DNA of 64,000 nucleotides. Source: a virus. Both the position numbers and the translations under genes were made by a program. Position 1 is the stretch's first letter. Every line of letters starts with the position of its first letter. The stretch spans positions 1-64,000 of IMG/VR virus record IMGVR_UViG_3300042691_033066. One strand, 5' to 3'. Positions 19,001 to 28,650 of this stretch are shown here, piece by piece. Below the pieces are notes generated by a model, which did no database searches, was not told where the DNA came from, and was given only the letters and a program-made list of their open reading frames with translations.

Positions 19001-20754
19001 ATAGAACTTATCTATCAAGTTCGTTTATTGCAAAAACTTCTACATACAACACTAAATTAGAATCAGTTCCAACGTTGAGTGGAAGTGAACATAAACTATT
19101 GGCCACTATAATCCCGGAAGTCATCGTCGGGGCGCAGATAGATCAATACGAGGTAGTCTCTCAGTATAAGGCATACTTAACCCAGAGTATATATCCCACA
19201 CCCACGGGAAACTATTCATACTATACGTCATCTCTAAACTTACAAGAACAAACGCCACCTCCATTAAACGCAGTAGTGGAATCAATTAATTCGGAACTTT
19301 TGAATCAAATTTCCACAAATGCAACGTATATGACGTATACTGCAAGTATGAGTATGCGCAACGAGATACTCACGGCGTCATATAACTTATATAATATACA
19401 ACATGAAACTACAAATTATACTGGATCACGAAAAACACAACGTATCAACGTTGGTTTGGATAACTTAAATAAAATACCTTATAACGATACTTCATATGGA
19501 TCTCATGGCGCAGAACCATACAATAGATTATACAGTAGAAAACTATTCGGTACGGAAATAAACGCACCCAGAATTGGTGGAGAAACTAGTATTTACACTC
19601 CGGCACTGTATGACATACCGCCATCGGCAGATTTCAGAGAGTTTGGGGTTTATACATATTTCAATAATGAAAATGGTATATATTACTTTCCAGAAGTAAT
19701 TAAATCACCTGCATATTCACGGCCACTAACTCAACAGTGGAATTTTACGGAACAGGCATTTGACAGTATAACAACATGGTCATACGGAAGTTCCTATAAT
19801 ATTTATGATGTGGTATATCAGAATGTCACTCGTGATGATTTGACTACTTTAGGAAGCATTTCCTTCAAAGATGTAAACGCTGGTAACAATAGATACTATG
19901 TATTTAAGAACAGACCGGCCTATAGACCAACGGAGGACGGAACAGCATTTTATTCTGGAAGTGTCCCAGCCTATCTTCCACCATCATTAGATAGAAATAA
20001 TTGGGAATTGTTAAGATTTACTCCTGTACAAAAACGTGTACCAAAACGTGTGGTGTTTGATACGTTTACCGTAACAACGCCAGAATTGAATAATTTTAAA
20101 ACTACGACAATTTCAATAAATAGAATTATTGACCTTGTAGATCGGTATGTAGATCCTGTGGTAATACCACCAATATCACCGAATTCTTATGTAACAGGTG
20201 AAATATCACTTCAAAACATGGCAGCTTTATTTGCTGTCCAAGCTAACACCAGTGACGTTAGAATAAGATTGTACAGAACTATTGGTGCCAGAGATGCCGA
20301 TATTAATCGTAGTATTGAAGTTAGACCGGAAGATTCACACGGTGTGCTGTTGGATATGTCCGTTATTAATAGTAATATTTTACAAATAACAAATCCAATA
20401 CCTACACTAGTTGCAGGAGGATCACCACCAGCAGGTAAAATATATTATACAATAAATAATAATACCTCTCTTTCTAAGTTGGGAATAACTTTACATTTAT
20501 TCTACTTTGCACTTCAAATTGAACCAAGGGTACCAAGAGGATACCTCAGAAAGCATTACAGATTTTTCAGAGACAATTCTACGGGTACCAAACGTAGAAA
20601 CTATCTGGGTTGTAAAAATACGCAGGATACTACGATTGACGGTCTACCTGCAATCCAAGTATTCCTCAGTGAAGGAACAGATATTGTTATTTCCCCAACC
20701 ACTACAAACCAAGAAATTATTACGGGTGGCGGCGGACAGTTGAACGTAACGTAA
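16057..20754 (+). CDS. Large baseplate wedge protein (gp7/P2 gpI-like region plus LamG-like domain)
   Basis: YKRLLHNVPFYAKAKGTKTALDAFIRTFGI; YEGTVDDLRLWK; 1565 aa. Confidence 0.7.
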   Translation: MYKFSVPVIVQIIPKREPARLTSTVRVNIFPAATTEQTVKINYPFNITPKPVEIILSEPIIATAYQYLQNIFNTYVDEDRTLKTLLNYGEDRQSVILAKRYGNMDINGLGRIQLKLLQPVPDDISTTSTVFLSREVAKTLIDTVRIRFAPQLDKTPYLRPKNTKVDTGLSTGKYLPNVTLQRLQLSSGSTGLVDEFKNKTFEDEIFRKWYSYDFNSTELNLDFSDYDNFVFYGSATMRLEAFKEKISRINRIEQNRIQFLSSSTYTVTTSSAGAVFVQEKSAQYAKEKEEVIRGFDRYEQYLYFTPSGSDSPYSASAYYADTGTEYNSIGYWPKNESGSLYLITNPITEEWFTTQLEIAQRFDEFNENNLVNTVPTHVREDDNNAAYITFVSMIGHFFDNIRPYIDQFTQIYSRNLNPNEQLSKDLINEIAESIGFRLPTLNSIYNLTDNILGTVDVEPRRDLTAEIYKRLLHNVPFYAKAKGTKTALDAFIRTFGITPQLISVRETGTPTKNSYYTFDEYSTGLDFDETKNSYVRLPISTSLRNPTTLQFNMSAAKNKTMTVLTGDDKWALNVVVHPSSSDLGRFEITSGSSNTRILSSSYYEIYNDELINVAIQNYTTGTSSLYVTQTEGEDIIFTDAATETTYFNDMWKDTQYVYVGGAGPRVVSGYEGTVDDLRLWKTILSEETLLNSAFDPGSNAGDTYDAASDELLVVLNFNKINTGSVEASSSITNQSPYKNISVSPSLEELFIFNVSGSDFNRYTKAIRQEMAIVGSTGKVSNKIKIAAEPTFIKQSTGDKRLYRTQSIVSPETKRLQRGRNKVIVGVSPTEIINQNIIRNFGYENINAILGSPTTLYTTFEKSLATLKKHYQQYYYVDVNTNRFVRIMSELSSVLDQVVDYFIPSKATLLKGILIEPNILEQVKIPPVKNIRFYGKDTRKTLNAPGSLTSSNSDYGATFNVTKTIDVKPTIPIAEYPTYKQINRTYLSSSFIAKTSTYNTKLESVPTLSGSEHKLLATIIPEVIVGAQIDQYEVVSQYKAYLTQSIYPTPTGNYSYYTSSLNLQEQTPPPLNAVVESINSELLNQISTNATYMTYTASMSMRNEILTASYNLYNIQHETTNYTGSRKTQRINVGLDNLNKIPYNDTSYGSHGAEPYNRLYSRKLFGTEINAPRIGGETSIYTPALYDIPPSADFREFGVYTYFNNENGIYYFPEVIKSPAYSRPLTQQWNFTEQAFDSITTWSYGSSYNIYDVVYQNVTRDDLTTLGSISFKDVNAGNNRYYVFKNRPAYRPTEDGTAFYSGSVPAYLPPSLDRNNWELLRFTPVQKRVPKRVVFDTFTVTTPELNNFKTTTISINRIIDLVDRYVDPVVIPPISPNSYVTGEISLQNMAALFAVQANTSDVRIRLYRTIGARDADINRSIEVRPEDSHGVLLDMSVINSNILQITNPIPTLVAGGSPPAGKIYYTINNNTSLSKLGITLHLFYFALQIEPRVPRGYLRKHYRFFRDNSTGTKRRNYLGCKNTQDTTIDGLPAIQVFLSEGTDIVISPTTTNQEIITGGGGQLNVT

Positions 20755-20773
20755 TAAATCAGTACAAACTATA

Positions 20774-20781
20774 TATTTATA
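20774..20781 (+). promoter_or_regulatory. Putative late promoter TATTTATA
   Basis: Intergenic, 30 nt before ATG 20812. Confidence 0.6.
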
Positions 20782-20811
20782 TCAGACCTCTTATATGTGG
20801 AGTTAAAAATT

Positions 20812-21450
20812 ATGGGATATTTAAACAAAGCAACGGTGACCGTTGACGCTATTCTGACAAAGAAAGGCAGAGAATTATTGGCTCGCGGCCGCTCTGCTTT
20901 TAATATCACTCAGTTTGCGGTAGCTGACGATGAAGTTGATTACGGTCTGTACGATGTGGCACATCCATTGGGAACGGAATTTTATGGATCGGCTATTGAA
21001 AACATGCCAATTGTTGAAGCAGTACCAGACGAAACACAAAATTTACGGTATAAGTTAGTTACTCTCTCACGAGGAACAAACCTCATCCCGACAATTCAAA
21101 CGGGTATTTCTTCAGTTCAATTAACATACAGTAACACGCAAAATCCAGTAACCACAATTACTCCAACGACAAGTCAAGGATTTAATGCACTTCCGTTTGG
21201 ATATACGGCAATTCTATATGATCGTGAAGCAGCAGTCCTAACAAGTAATGGACTTCCTGGGTCACCAACCGTTCCCGTGTTTATCGGAGATTCAGTTTCG
21301 CAAAATGCAATTGTTGTATCTGGAACGGTATTTACGATTTCTCCAAAAGATGTGACCACCGCCACAGAAACACAACTTGTACTTATTGGAAATCAAACGG
21401 GTGCAACCATAACGATTCCAGTAACAATCAATCCAGCCACAGTCATTTAA
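20812..21450 (+). CDS. Baseplate/tail-collar structural protein
   Basis: MGYLNKATVTVDAILTKKGRELLA..FNITQFAVADDEVDY; SD GGAG favours ATG 20812. Confidence 0.7.
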   Translation: MGYLNKATVTVDAILTKKGRELLARGRSAFNITQFAVADDEVDYGLYDVAHPLGTEFYGSAIENMPIVEAVPDETQNLRYKLVTLSRGTNLIPTIQTGISSVQLTYSNTQNPVTTITPTTSQGFNALPFGYTAILYDREAAVLTSNGLPGSPTVPVFIGDSVSQNAIVVSGTVFTISPKDVTTATETQLVLIGNQTGATITIPVTINPATVI

Positions 21451-21468
21451 CAATAGGACGTATATCAT

Positions 21469-22662
21469 ATGAGTATTTATTCTAGATTTAGTGTGGATGA
21501 TATAGTAGAAGCAAATCCAACAATAGTAACAACTGGATTGTGGTCTAATGACAGTGGATCATTGGAATCTACTCTACATCTTAACCAAGCAGAAGGTCAA
21601 CAGGTCGGTGTTAGCGGTGAATATTATTTAGACGTATACGACTCTGACCCAGAAGCCACAGAACTTGCAGAAGTACAATTTGCTGTAGCATATGGACACA
21701 TTGACGGCGGTGGCGCTCCATCGTTAAATGAAAATGAACTAGCAACGTTGCCTACCAAGGCAATATACAGTCAATACAGAAACTTGTTACTAGATCCATC
21801 AGATACAAAGTTTTCGTTTGAAGGCGTTGATTCTGATCACATCTATGTAATTAATTTCCAACGTGCACGAATTCGTGAACAACTGGACCCAGGTAACTGG
21901 GAACTTCCATTCTCTGGTGCAAGAGGATTAGTTACACTTATTGACGATAGTGGTCAAACTCTCGGTGCATTGACTGCAAATAGTAAAGCCGGACGAGTAT
22001 TTTCAGTAATTTCTGGTTCAATATCAACTACCTCCGGATCAATTTCTTCCTCATCAAATCCGAGAACGTTTAACGGACATGGATATGGGTTGGTGTATCC
22101 TGACTTGGGTGTTATCGTATTAAATCCAAATGCATTAGTACCGGCGTTGGGATTCTTCATATCAAGTAGTATAACTGCATCAATAATTGCGGGTGGAGCG
22201 GCTAGCAGTTCGGTGGGATCCGCACTATACGATAACGTGGATGATCTAGATACGGAAAATATATCCTATGCGCCAGTTACACATTCATTGACAGAAGATG
22301 GTTGGTCAAATGCAAAATCTGCATACAATCATAATGCAATATATGTAGCAATTAATAAAGCAACTTCCAGTGATGTTTATGATAAAGGATTCAGAGCACG
22401 TTCGGCCGAAACAATTTCTTCAACTCACTATTTCGTACGGTTGAGAAACAAAGAATTTAACTATTCAAATAACCCAACGTTCTATAATCCAGATAACGGA
22501 TCATTGTCACGCCCAGAATTTAGAAATGATCCAAAAGTATATATTACTACGGTTGGATTGTTTAATGACCAAAATGAATTACTCGCGGTTGCTAAATTGA
22601 GTAAGCCAGTACGTAAGAGTTTTGACGAAGAAGTTTTGCTCCGAGTTCGTCTTGACTTTTAG
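21469..22662 (+). CDS. Baseplate/tail-collar structural protein
   Basis: C-terminal YITTVGLFNDQNELLAVAKLSKP..VRLDF. Confidence 0.7.
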   Translation: MSIYSRFSVDDIVEANPTIVTTGLWSNDSGSLESTLHLNQAEGQQVGVSGEYYLDVYDSDPEATELAEVQFAVAYGHIDGGGAPSLNENELATLPTKAIYSQYRNLLLDPSDTKFSFEGVDSDHIYVINFQRARIREQLDPGNWELPFSGARGLVTLIDDSGQTLGALTANSKAGRVFSVISGSISTTSGSISSSSNPRTFNGHGYGLVYPDLGVIVLNPNALVPALGFFISSSITASIIAGGAASSSVGSALYDNVDDLDTENISYAPVTHSLTEDGWSNAKSAYNHNAIYVAINKATSSDVYDKGFRARSAETISSTHYFVRLRNKEFNYSNNPTFYNPDNGSLSRPEFRNDPKVYITTVGLFNDQNELLAVAKLSKPVRKSFDEEVLLRVRLDF

Positions 22663-22693
22663 TAAATAATAGTTAAATAATAGTTTGAATTAG

Positions 22694-22723
22694 AACGACC
22701 CCCTGTTAAATGGGGGTCGTTTT
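22694..22723 (+). terminator. Intrinsic terminator
   Basis: AACGACCCCC-tgttaaat-GGGGGTCGTT followed by a T-rich tract. Confidence 0.8.
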
Positions 22724-22736
22724 ATTCACTCATCAA

Positions 22737-22744
22737 TATTTATT
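22737..22744 (+). promoter_or_regulatory. Putative late promoter TATTTATT
   Basis: Just after the terminator, 28 nt before ATG 22773. Confidence 0.55.
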
Positions 22745-22772
22745 AATAGTCACTATAGAGGATATTTGATAC

Positions 22773-23699
22773 ATGCAAACTTTCGGTAAAGTAGACAGCG
22801 GAGATTATACAATAAATACCATGTACGTGTCTGCTCCAATGTCATGGGAATTGCAATCGGGTTCTAACGGACTACAGATAACATCTCCAGACGATTTGGA
22901 AGGGGCAATTACGTTACAACTTGCCACCAATGACACAGAAGATTTTTTCCAATACGACAACGAACCCAAAATAAACAAGGAAACTGGCGTATACGAGTAT
23001 TTGTTATATAGATCAATAAAACACTTGTTCTATAACAACGGATATTTTTACAGTGGCTCTACCATAGCTACATCCAGTATAACTCCTTTATCGGATTCAT
23101 TTTATGTATTAAGTATTGGTCAAAATTTTTATGGTGATAGAATTGGTCCTGGTTCGTTTGAGCTTTCCACCGACATCGTTGGTAAATATATTTATGACGA
23201 CGACTACGGCAATTTGTATGTAAGTGAATCGGGTCAAATTAATTATATTGGTAATGTGTTTTACAACAATGGAATTGCGGTAATTAAGCACGACACTGGC
23301 TCGGTAGTTACTTCTATTAGTAGTGCGGGACTAAAGATTGTAGAGGATACGGTGTTGTATTTGGATTATACAAGTGAGGTTAAGTTTGAACGACACGAAG
23401 CAAATGTTATTATTCAACCAAACGAGTTCAATTTTTCGCCGTTCAATCCATCAATATTCTCTACATTTGAATCCACGGGCAGCGTTACACAGTCGTTACT
23501 TGATCAAAACCTCAAACCAGCAAGTGGGAGTGCTTGGAACTTATATAATTTGATGGGAGCGGACGTTATTAAACCATACATAACAACTATTGGGTTATAT
23601 AACGATAAATATGAGTTACTTGCAGTAGCCAAAACAAGTGAACCAATACAACGCACTTTCGACGTTAACCAGATATTTATAGTTAGATTTGATGTCTAA
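22773..23699 (+). CDS. Structural protein, paralog of 21469-22662
   Basis: C-terminal PYITTIGLYNDKYELLAVAKTSEP..VRFDV. Confidence 0.7.
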   Translation: MQTFGKVDSGDYTINTMYVSAPMSWELQSGSNGLQITSPDDLEGAITLQLATNDTEDFFQYDNEPKINKETGVYEYLLYRSIKHLFYNNGYFYSGSTIATSSITPLSDSFYVLSIGQNFYGDRIGPGSFELSTDIVGKYIYDDDYGNLYVSESGQINYIGNVFYNNGIAVIKHDTGSVVTSISSAGLKIVEDTVLYLDYTSEVKFERHEANVIIQPNEFNFSPFNPSIFSTFESTGSVTQSLLDQNLKPASGSAWNLYNLMGADVIKPYITTIGLYNDKYELLAVAKTSEPIQRTFDVNQIFIVRFDV

Positions 23700-23713
23700 C
23701 CTTGGAGAAACAT

Positions 23714-24169
23714 ATGACATTAGAAGAAAGATATAACGCAGCCGGAGCCGACACATATGTGGGTAAGGTTCGTTCTAAGCAAGCAGCCGATGCCGGGGCA
23801 ATTGATGGCTCAAATTTTATGAACGGTGAAGGATTTGTTGGAACACCACCAGCACCAGACCAAGTACAGACGGAATTCAAACGAAATGCGGCCGGTGATT
23901 TTAGATACGGTGGTGGTAGTAAAATACCTGCAGCCACTAACAATAAATCATATCCATTAAGTCGTTGGTTGGCAAAGGGCGTGGATAAAGCAGACTCATA
24001 TTTAGTAGACAAGTTTAAACAACTTAATGATGTACGTAACGGAAATAAGGCAATTCATCAATATGACTGGAGAACAGCAGGTAATTCATTTGCTGGTAAG
24101 TCTGCAACTGCAAAAAGTAGAATAGACGGATCACCCGCAGGTCGTGCACCGGGTGGTATCAACGGATAA
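23714..24169 (+). CDS. Hypothetical Gly/Ala-rich protein
   Basis: SD GGAG (23704-07) favours ATG 23714; TATTTATA at 23674-81 upstream. Confidence 0.65.
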   Translation: MTLEERYNAAGADTYVGKVRSKQAADAGAIDGSNFMNGEGFVGTPPAPDQVQTEFKRNAAGDFRYGGGSKIPAATNNKSYPLSRWLAKGVDKADSYLVDKFKQLNDVRNGNKAIHQYDWRTAGNSFAGKSATAKSRIDGSPAGRAPGGING

Positions 24170-24190
24170 TAACATTTACCAAAAGGTTAT

Positions 24191-24556
24191 ATGAAAACTC
24201 GGTCAGCAAAAAATAAAGGAAAGCGATTACAAAACGCTCTCCGTGATTTGATACTGGAACACTTTCCGCAATTAGAACCCGACGATGTAGTATCTACGTT
24301 AATGGGTGACTCGGGGACGGACATAAAATTAAGTCCCGCGGCGCGGAAAGTGTTTCCGTATTCTCCCGAATGTAAGAACCAAGAAAAATTGAATGTCTGG
24401 GCTTCACTAGAACAAGCAGAAAAAAATACAAAGGAAGGAACTTATCCAGTATTATTTTTTAAACGCAACAGAAGTAAAATGTATGTTGCAATGGACGTAG
24501 AACATTTTTTTAATCTTATAAGAAATACACCATCCGTTGACAAAGGTGAGGTATGA
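24191..24556 (+). CDS. PD-(D/E)xK nuclease, Holliday-junction resolvase-like
   Basis: SAKNKGKRLQ, GTDIKL, ECKNQEKLN, PVLFFKRNR. Confidence 0.75.
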   Translation: MKTRSAKNKGKRLQNALRDLILEHFPQLEPDDVVSTLMGDSGTDIKLSPAARKVFPYSPECKNQEKLNVWASLEQAEKNTKEGTYPVLFFKRNRSKMYVAMDVEHFFNLIRNTPSVDKGEV

Positions 24557-24565
24557 TGTTAGATT
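24537..24565 (+). promoter_or_regulatory. Sigma70-type promoter for primase/recombination genes
   Basis: TTGACA (24537-42), 17 nt, TAGATT (24560-65); ATG at 24572 would give a nearly leaderless mRNA. Confidence 0.6.
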
Positions 24566-24571
24566 GTAAGT

Positions 24572-25477
24572 ATGATTATACTTACACTTCTTCAAGAAAT
24601 ATTAGGTAATTACACTCAACAAAAGGACGAGTATTTATTTGCTTGTCCTTTCTGTCATACGCACAAGAAGAAATTATCTGTTAATATAATCAGTAACAAG
24701 TGGAAATGTTGGATATGTGGGGCAAAGGGTGGTCACATTATTTGGTTGTTAAAAAAACTTAACGTATCTAAAGATCTATTAAAAAAGTTTAGAGACGAAT
24801 TCGGGGACGCAGATCTTAATAAGTTTAAAACAACCACTGCTGAAGTGGTACTCAGACTTCCCCATGAATATAAACCACTATGGAAGGTAGAAAAAAGTTA
24901 CCAGTATTATCATGCAATTAGTTATCTCAAACAACGAGGAATTACCGCAAATGACATCTTACGATATAGGATGGGGTTTTGTACAGAAGGTCCGTATGCT
25001 AATAGAATTATTCTTCCTTCATACGATAGAAACAATCACCTCAATTACTTCACCGCCAGGCTCTTTTACGAAGAAGGAATGAAGTATAAGAATCCACCCG
25101 TGTCCAAAAATATTATTTGTTTTGAGAACATGGTGGATTGGAGTGAACCTATAATTTTATGCGAGGGTATGTTTGATGCTATCACACTTCGTCGTAATGC
25201 TATACCGTTACTTGGTAAAACGTTACCAAACGAGTTGGAGAAAAAAATTCTACAAGAAAAGGTATCCAACATAATTATTTTTCTTGACGAAGATGCACGA
25301 AAGGAAGCATTGAAACTTGAACAACACTTGCGTCAATATGATATAGATGTCCGCGTTGTATTGACGAGTGGAAAAGACGCAAGTGAGATGGGGTTTGACA
25401 CTGCGTGGAAAGAAATTGATACCGCACGCCAAACCAATTTTAAGGAACTAATTGAACAACGGTTATTGACTATATGA
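24572..25477 (+). CDS. DNA primase (Zn finger plus TOPRIM)
   Basis: CPFC..CWIC zinc site, YLKQRGI, RIILP, KYKNP, LCEGMFDA, FLDEDA, KDASE. Confidence 0.9.
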   Translation: MIILTLLQEILGNYTQQKDEYLFACPFCHTHKKKLSVNIISNKWKCWICGAKGGHIIWLLKKLNVSKDLLKKFRDEFGDADLNKFKTTTAEVVLRLPHEYKPLWKVEKSYQYYHAISYLKQRGITANDILRYRMGFCTEGPYANRIILPSYDRNNHLNYFTARLFYEEGMKYKNPPVSKNIICFENMVDWSEPIILCEGMFDAITLRRNAIPLLGKTLPNELEKKILQEKVSNIIIFLDEDARKEALKLEQHLRQYDIDVRVVLTSGKDASEMGFDTAWKEIDTARQTNFKELIEQRLLTI

Positions 25478-28400
25478 AAATAAATGTTCCCTTTACAAAG
25501 TTACAACATGTCGTACATCTAGCCGATATTCATATTCGGTTGTTTCGTCGTCATGACGAATATGAACAAGCATTTGAACGGTTATACTCTGATATACGTT
25601 CAAAGCAATTAGAAGATTTTGTTATCGTATTGGCGGGTGACATTGTTCATGCCAAGACGGACATGTCGCCAGAAATGGTGCAAGTCACTTCTCGTTTTCT
25701 AAAGAATATTTCTGACATTGCTCCAACCATTTTAATTGCGGGAAACCACGATTGTAATCTCGCTAATACCAATCGCATGGATGCATTGACTCCGATTGTT
25801 AACAATCTACAACATCCCAATCTCTATTATGTACGAGACAGTGCCGTGGTGTATATTGCTGATACCGCATTTGCGGTCTGTTCTATTTTTGACGAACAAG
25901 ACAAATGGCCTACGCCCGACGAGATTGAGGATGTAGATACCAAGATTGCTCTCTATCATGGACCTGTGCATGGGTCTACGACGGATGCCAACTTTACGAT
26001 TACCAATCGCCACGTACACGTTGATACGTTTACGGGTTACGATATTGTGATGTTGGGTGACATTCATAAGCATCAAGTACTGAAAGAAGCCGATCCTATT
26101 ATCGTCTACGCATCTAGTCTCATCCAGCAAAATCACGGCGAAACACTGGAGAATCATGGCTGGTGTTTGTGGGACATTCCGCATCGTACATTTGATTTTG
26201 TTACTCTTGAAAACGAGTATGGGTATGTAACACTTGAAGTACATAATACACATATTACATACCCGTCAAATATGCCCAAGAACGTCCGTATGCGTTTGTT
26301 TACGGAAGATCTGGACAACACAGAAGTCAAGAAGATTATTACGACACTTCGGAATAATCATAATATTATTGAACTGTCGGTAAACAAAAATCGTTTTAAT
26401 AAAAATACCCCACGGATCGCAAATACTAGTCACGATACATTAGATCTGACCCAAGTTAATGTTCAAAATAATCTCATCACACAGTGGTTGAATCGTAATT
26501 ACGTTACGTTAGATCCAGAAGTTTTGACGGCAATTGAAACGATTAATAAAGATCTTAACAACAAGATTATTAATGAGGATCAGTCTCGTAACATTCATTG
26601 GCGTCCACTGAAGTTTACGTTTTCCAATATGTTTTCGTATGGAGAAAATAACGAGATAGACTTTACGGACATGAAAGGTGTATATGGAATTTTTGCCGCA
26701 AACGCATCGGGCAAGAGTTCTATTATGGACTCGTTAATGTTCTGCCTTTACGATAAGACCCCACGTGCGTTCAAGGGTGACCACATCATTAATAATCGGA
26801 AAGATAACTTTGTTTGTGAACTCACGTTTGAAATTAATAACGAAACATTTGGGATTAAACGCGTTGGTACTCGTAAAAAGAATGGTGATGTGAAGGTGGA
26901 TGCGTCATTCTGGAAGATCTTGGATAACGGCGATATTCTTAATCTAAATGGCGAAGATCGTCGGGATACCAACGCAAATATTCGGAGTCATGTTGGAACT
27001 TATGAAGATTTTATTATGACTGCAATGAGTAGTCAGAATAGTAATGCGTTGTTTATTGACAAGTCCCACTCCGAACGGAAAGACCTACTCATTCAGTTTA
27101 TGGGATTGAATATCTTTGATAAGTTGTTTGATGCAGCACACGACGAAGCAAAGGAAATTACGGGTATTCTCAAACGTTTCAAGAAATCGGATGTGACCGA
27201 CCAGATTGCAGAAACCCACACGAAGCTACAGTCGGTGGAACAAAGTATTCACAGTTATGACTTACAAAAGGATAACCATGAAGGCAACCTTGAAGATTTG
27301 GAAGAAGAATATCGTACATGCCAGTCCACCAAACGTCCGGTACCAGAAGTATCAGGCAGTTTAGAGGAGTTGGAAGTTACGTTCAAGAAAACGCAACAAC
27401 TCTTGAAGAAAGCACAGGAAAACCATGACTACACCAAAGTCAATTACGAAAAGACCAAGGAAGAATATGCGCAGTTAACTAGCGACTTTGAAGCCTATGA
27501 TATGGGGAAGTTGCAGGAATCTGTTGCTAACTACAATAAATTTAACGACCTATTAGTTAAGGGGAATGCCGCGCTTCGGGTGGTAAATACCAAGATTGAA
27601 GAAAAGGTGAAGTTTAAGAATAAGTTGTCGGGTTACAAGTATAATCCTGACTGCGATGTCTGTGTGACAAACAACAAGTCGGTGGTGGATGATTTGGCAA
27701 CGGTCAACGTTGAACTGGATGAACTCAATGCGAAGCGACTCATCCAAGAGGACTCTATTACCAAGATTATTGAAGAGTTAGAACCATTGAAGTTAGAAAA
27801 AGAAGTGTATGATGAGGCAATTGAAGCACAATCGCTGATCCAGAAAACCCACCAGACCCAACAACGGTTGAAGGTGGAACTGGAATCTGCGTTTATGACA
27901 ATGGAAAAGAATGAAAATAAACTTGGATGGATTCAACTAGATATTGATGCGTATAAGCTGAACGAGGAAAACATTCTCCACAATCAGAAAATAGAGACGG
28001 AGCTTCAAGACATTCAACTGCGTATCAACAATACCAAGAAGCAAATTCAAACCGTTGACAGAGAACTTCGCATTCTCCATGGCGATAGTTCGGTGTTGGC
28101 AGCAAAGAAGAAAGAATTAACGAATAAATTAAAGGAAGCCGAAGAACTGGAAACTACCTACGAAGCATACAATCATTATATGCTCGCAGTCGGTCGTGAT
28201 GGAGTACCGTATGAGTTGATGAGTAAAGCTATTCCGAATATGGAAGCAGAAATCAATAGTATGTTATCACAAATCGTGGATTTTACGGTTTCTTTGGAAG
28301 TGGATGGAAAGAATATTAATGGTAAGTTAAACTATGATTTTGATAGAATCTGGCCTTTAGAAAACTCTTCTGGCATGGAACGGTTCGTCAGTAGTTTGGC

Positions 28401-28638
28401 AATCCGTGTGGCACTTTTGAACGCCAGTAACCTACCTAAATCTAATATGTTAATTATTGATGAAGGATTTGGTGTATTGGATGCGGAACACATGCATTCC
28501 ATGCAAACCTTGTTTAATTTACTTAAAACCCATTTTGACTTTATACTTATAGTAAGTCACTTGGACACTGCCCGAGACATGGTGGATAATCTGATAGAAA
28601 TCCGAAAGGAGGACGGTTACTCACAAATATCGGTATAA
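25474..28638 (+). CDS. Fused Mre11(SbcD/gp47)-Rad50(SbcC/gp46) nuclease-ATPase
   Basis: DIH, GD, GNHD, HG, GDIH phosphoesterase motifs; Walker A ANASGKSS; coiled coil with CDVC hook; SSGME signature; IIDEGFG; VSH. Confidence 0.92.
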   Translation: MKINVPFTKLQHVVHLADIHIRLFRRHDEYEQAFERLYSDIRSKQLEDFVIVLAGDIVHAKTDMSPEMVQVTSRFLKNISDIAPTILIAGNHDCNLANTNRMDALTPIVNNLQHPNLYYVRDSAVVYIADTAFAVCSIFDEQDKWPTPDEIEDVDTKIALYHGPVHGSTTDANFTITNRHVHVDTFTGYDIVMLGDIHKHQVLKEADPIIVYASSLIQQNHGETLENHGWCLWDIPHRTFDFVTLENEYGYVTLEVHNTHITYPSNMPKNVRMRLFTEDLDNTEVKKIITTLRNNHNIIELSVNKNRFNKNTPRIANTSHDTLDLTQVNVQNNLITQWLNRNYVTLDPEVLTAIETINKDLNNKIINEDQSRNIHWRPLKFTFSNMFSYGENNEIDFTDMKGVYGIFAANASGKSSIMDSLMFCLYDKTPRAFKGDHIINNRKDNFVCELTFEINNETFGIKRVGTRKKNGDVKVDASFWKILDNGDILNLNGEDRRDTNANIRSHVGTYEDFIMTAMSSQNSNALFIDKSHSERKDLLIQFMGLNIFDKLFDAAHDEAKEITGILKRFKKSDVTDQIAETHTKLQSVEQSIHSYDLQKDNHEGNLEDLEEEYRTCQSTKRPVPEVSGSLEELEVTFKKTQQLLKKAQENHDYTKVNYEKTKEEYAQLTSDFEAYDMGKLQESVANYNKFNDLLVKGNAALRVVNTKIEEKVKFKNKLSGYKYNPDCDVCVTNNKSVVDDLATVNVELDELNAKRLIQEDSITKIIEELEPLKLEKEVYDEAIEAQSLIQKTHQTQQRLKVELESAFMTMEKNENKLGWIQLDIDAYKLNEENILHNQKIETELQDIQLRINNTKKQIQTVDRELRILHGDSSVLAAKKKELTNKLKEAEELETTYEAYNHYMLAVGRDGVPYELMSKAIPNMEAEINSMLSQIVDFTVSLEVDGKNINGKLNYDFDRIWPLENSSGMERFVSSLAIRVALLNASNLPKSNMLIIDEGFGVLDAEHMHSMQTLFNLLKTHFDFILIVSHLDTARDMVDNLIEIRKEDGYSQISV

Positions 28639-28650
28639 TAGAGAGAATGG

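Noticed and set aside
5779-23699. Contractile injection system or tailocin rather than a phage
   Set aside because: Capsid, portal, protease, terminase and primase genes are all present.
27100-28200. Apparent shift toward G/C-ending codons in the Rad50 coiled coil
   Set aside because: Impression by eye only; a sliding-window GC3 calculation is needed before claiming a recombinant origin.
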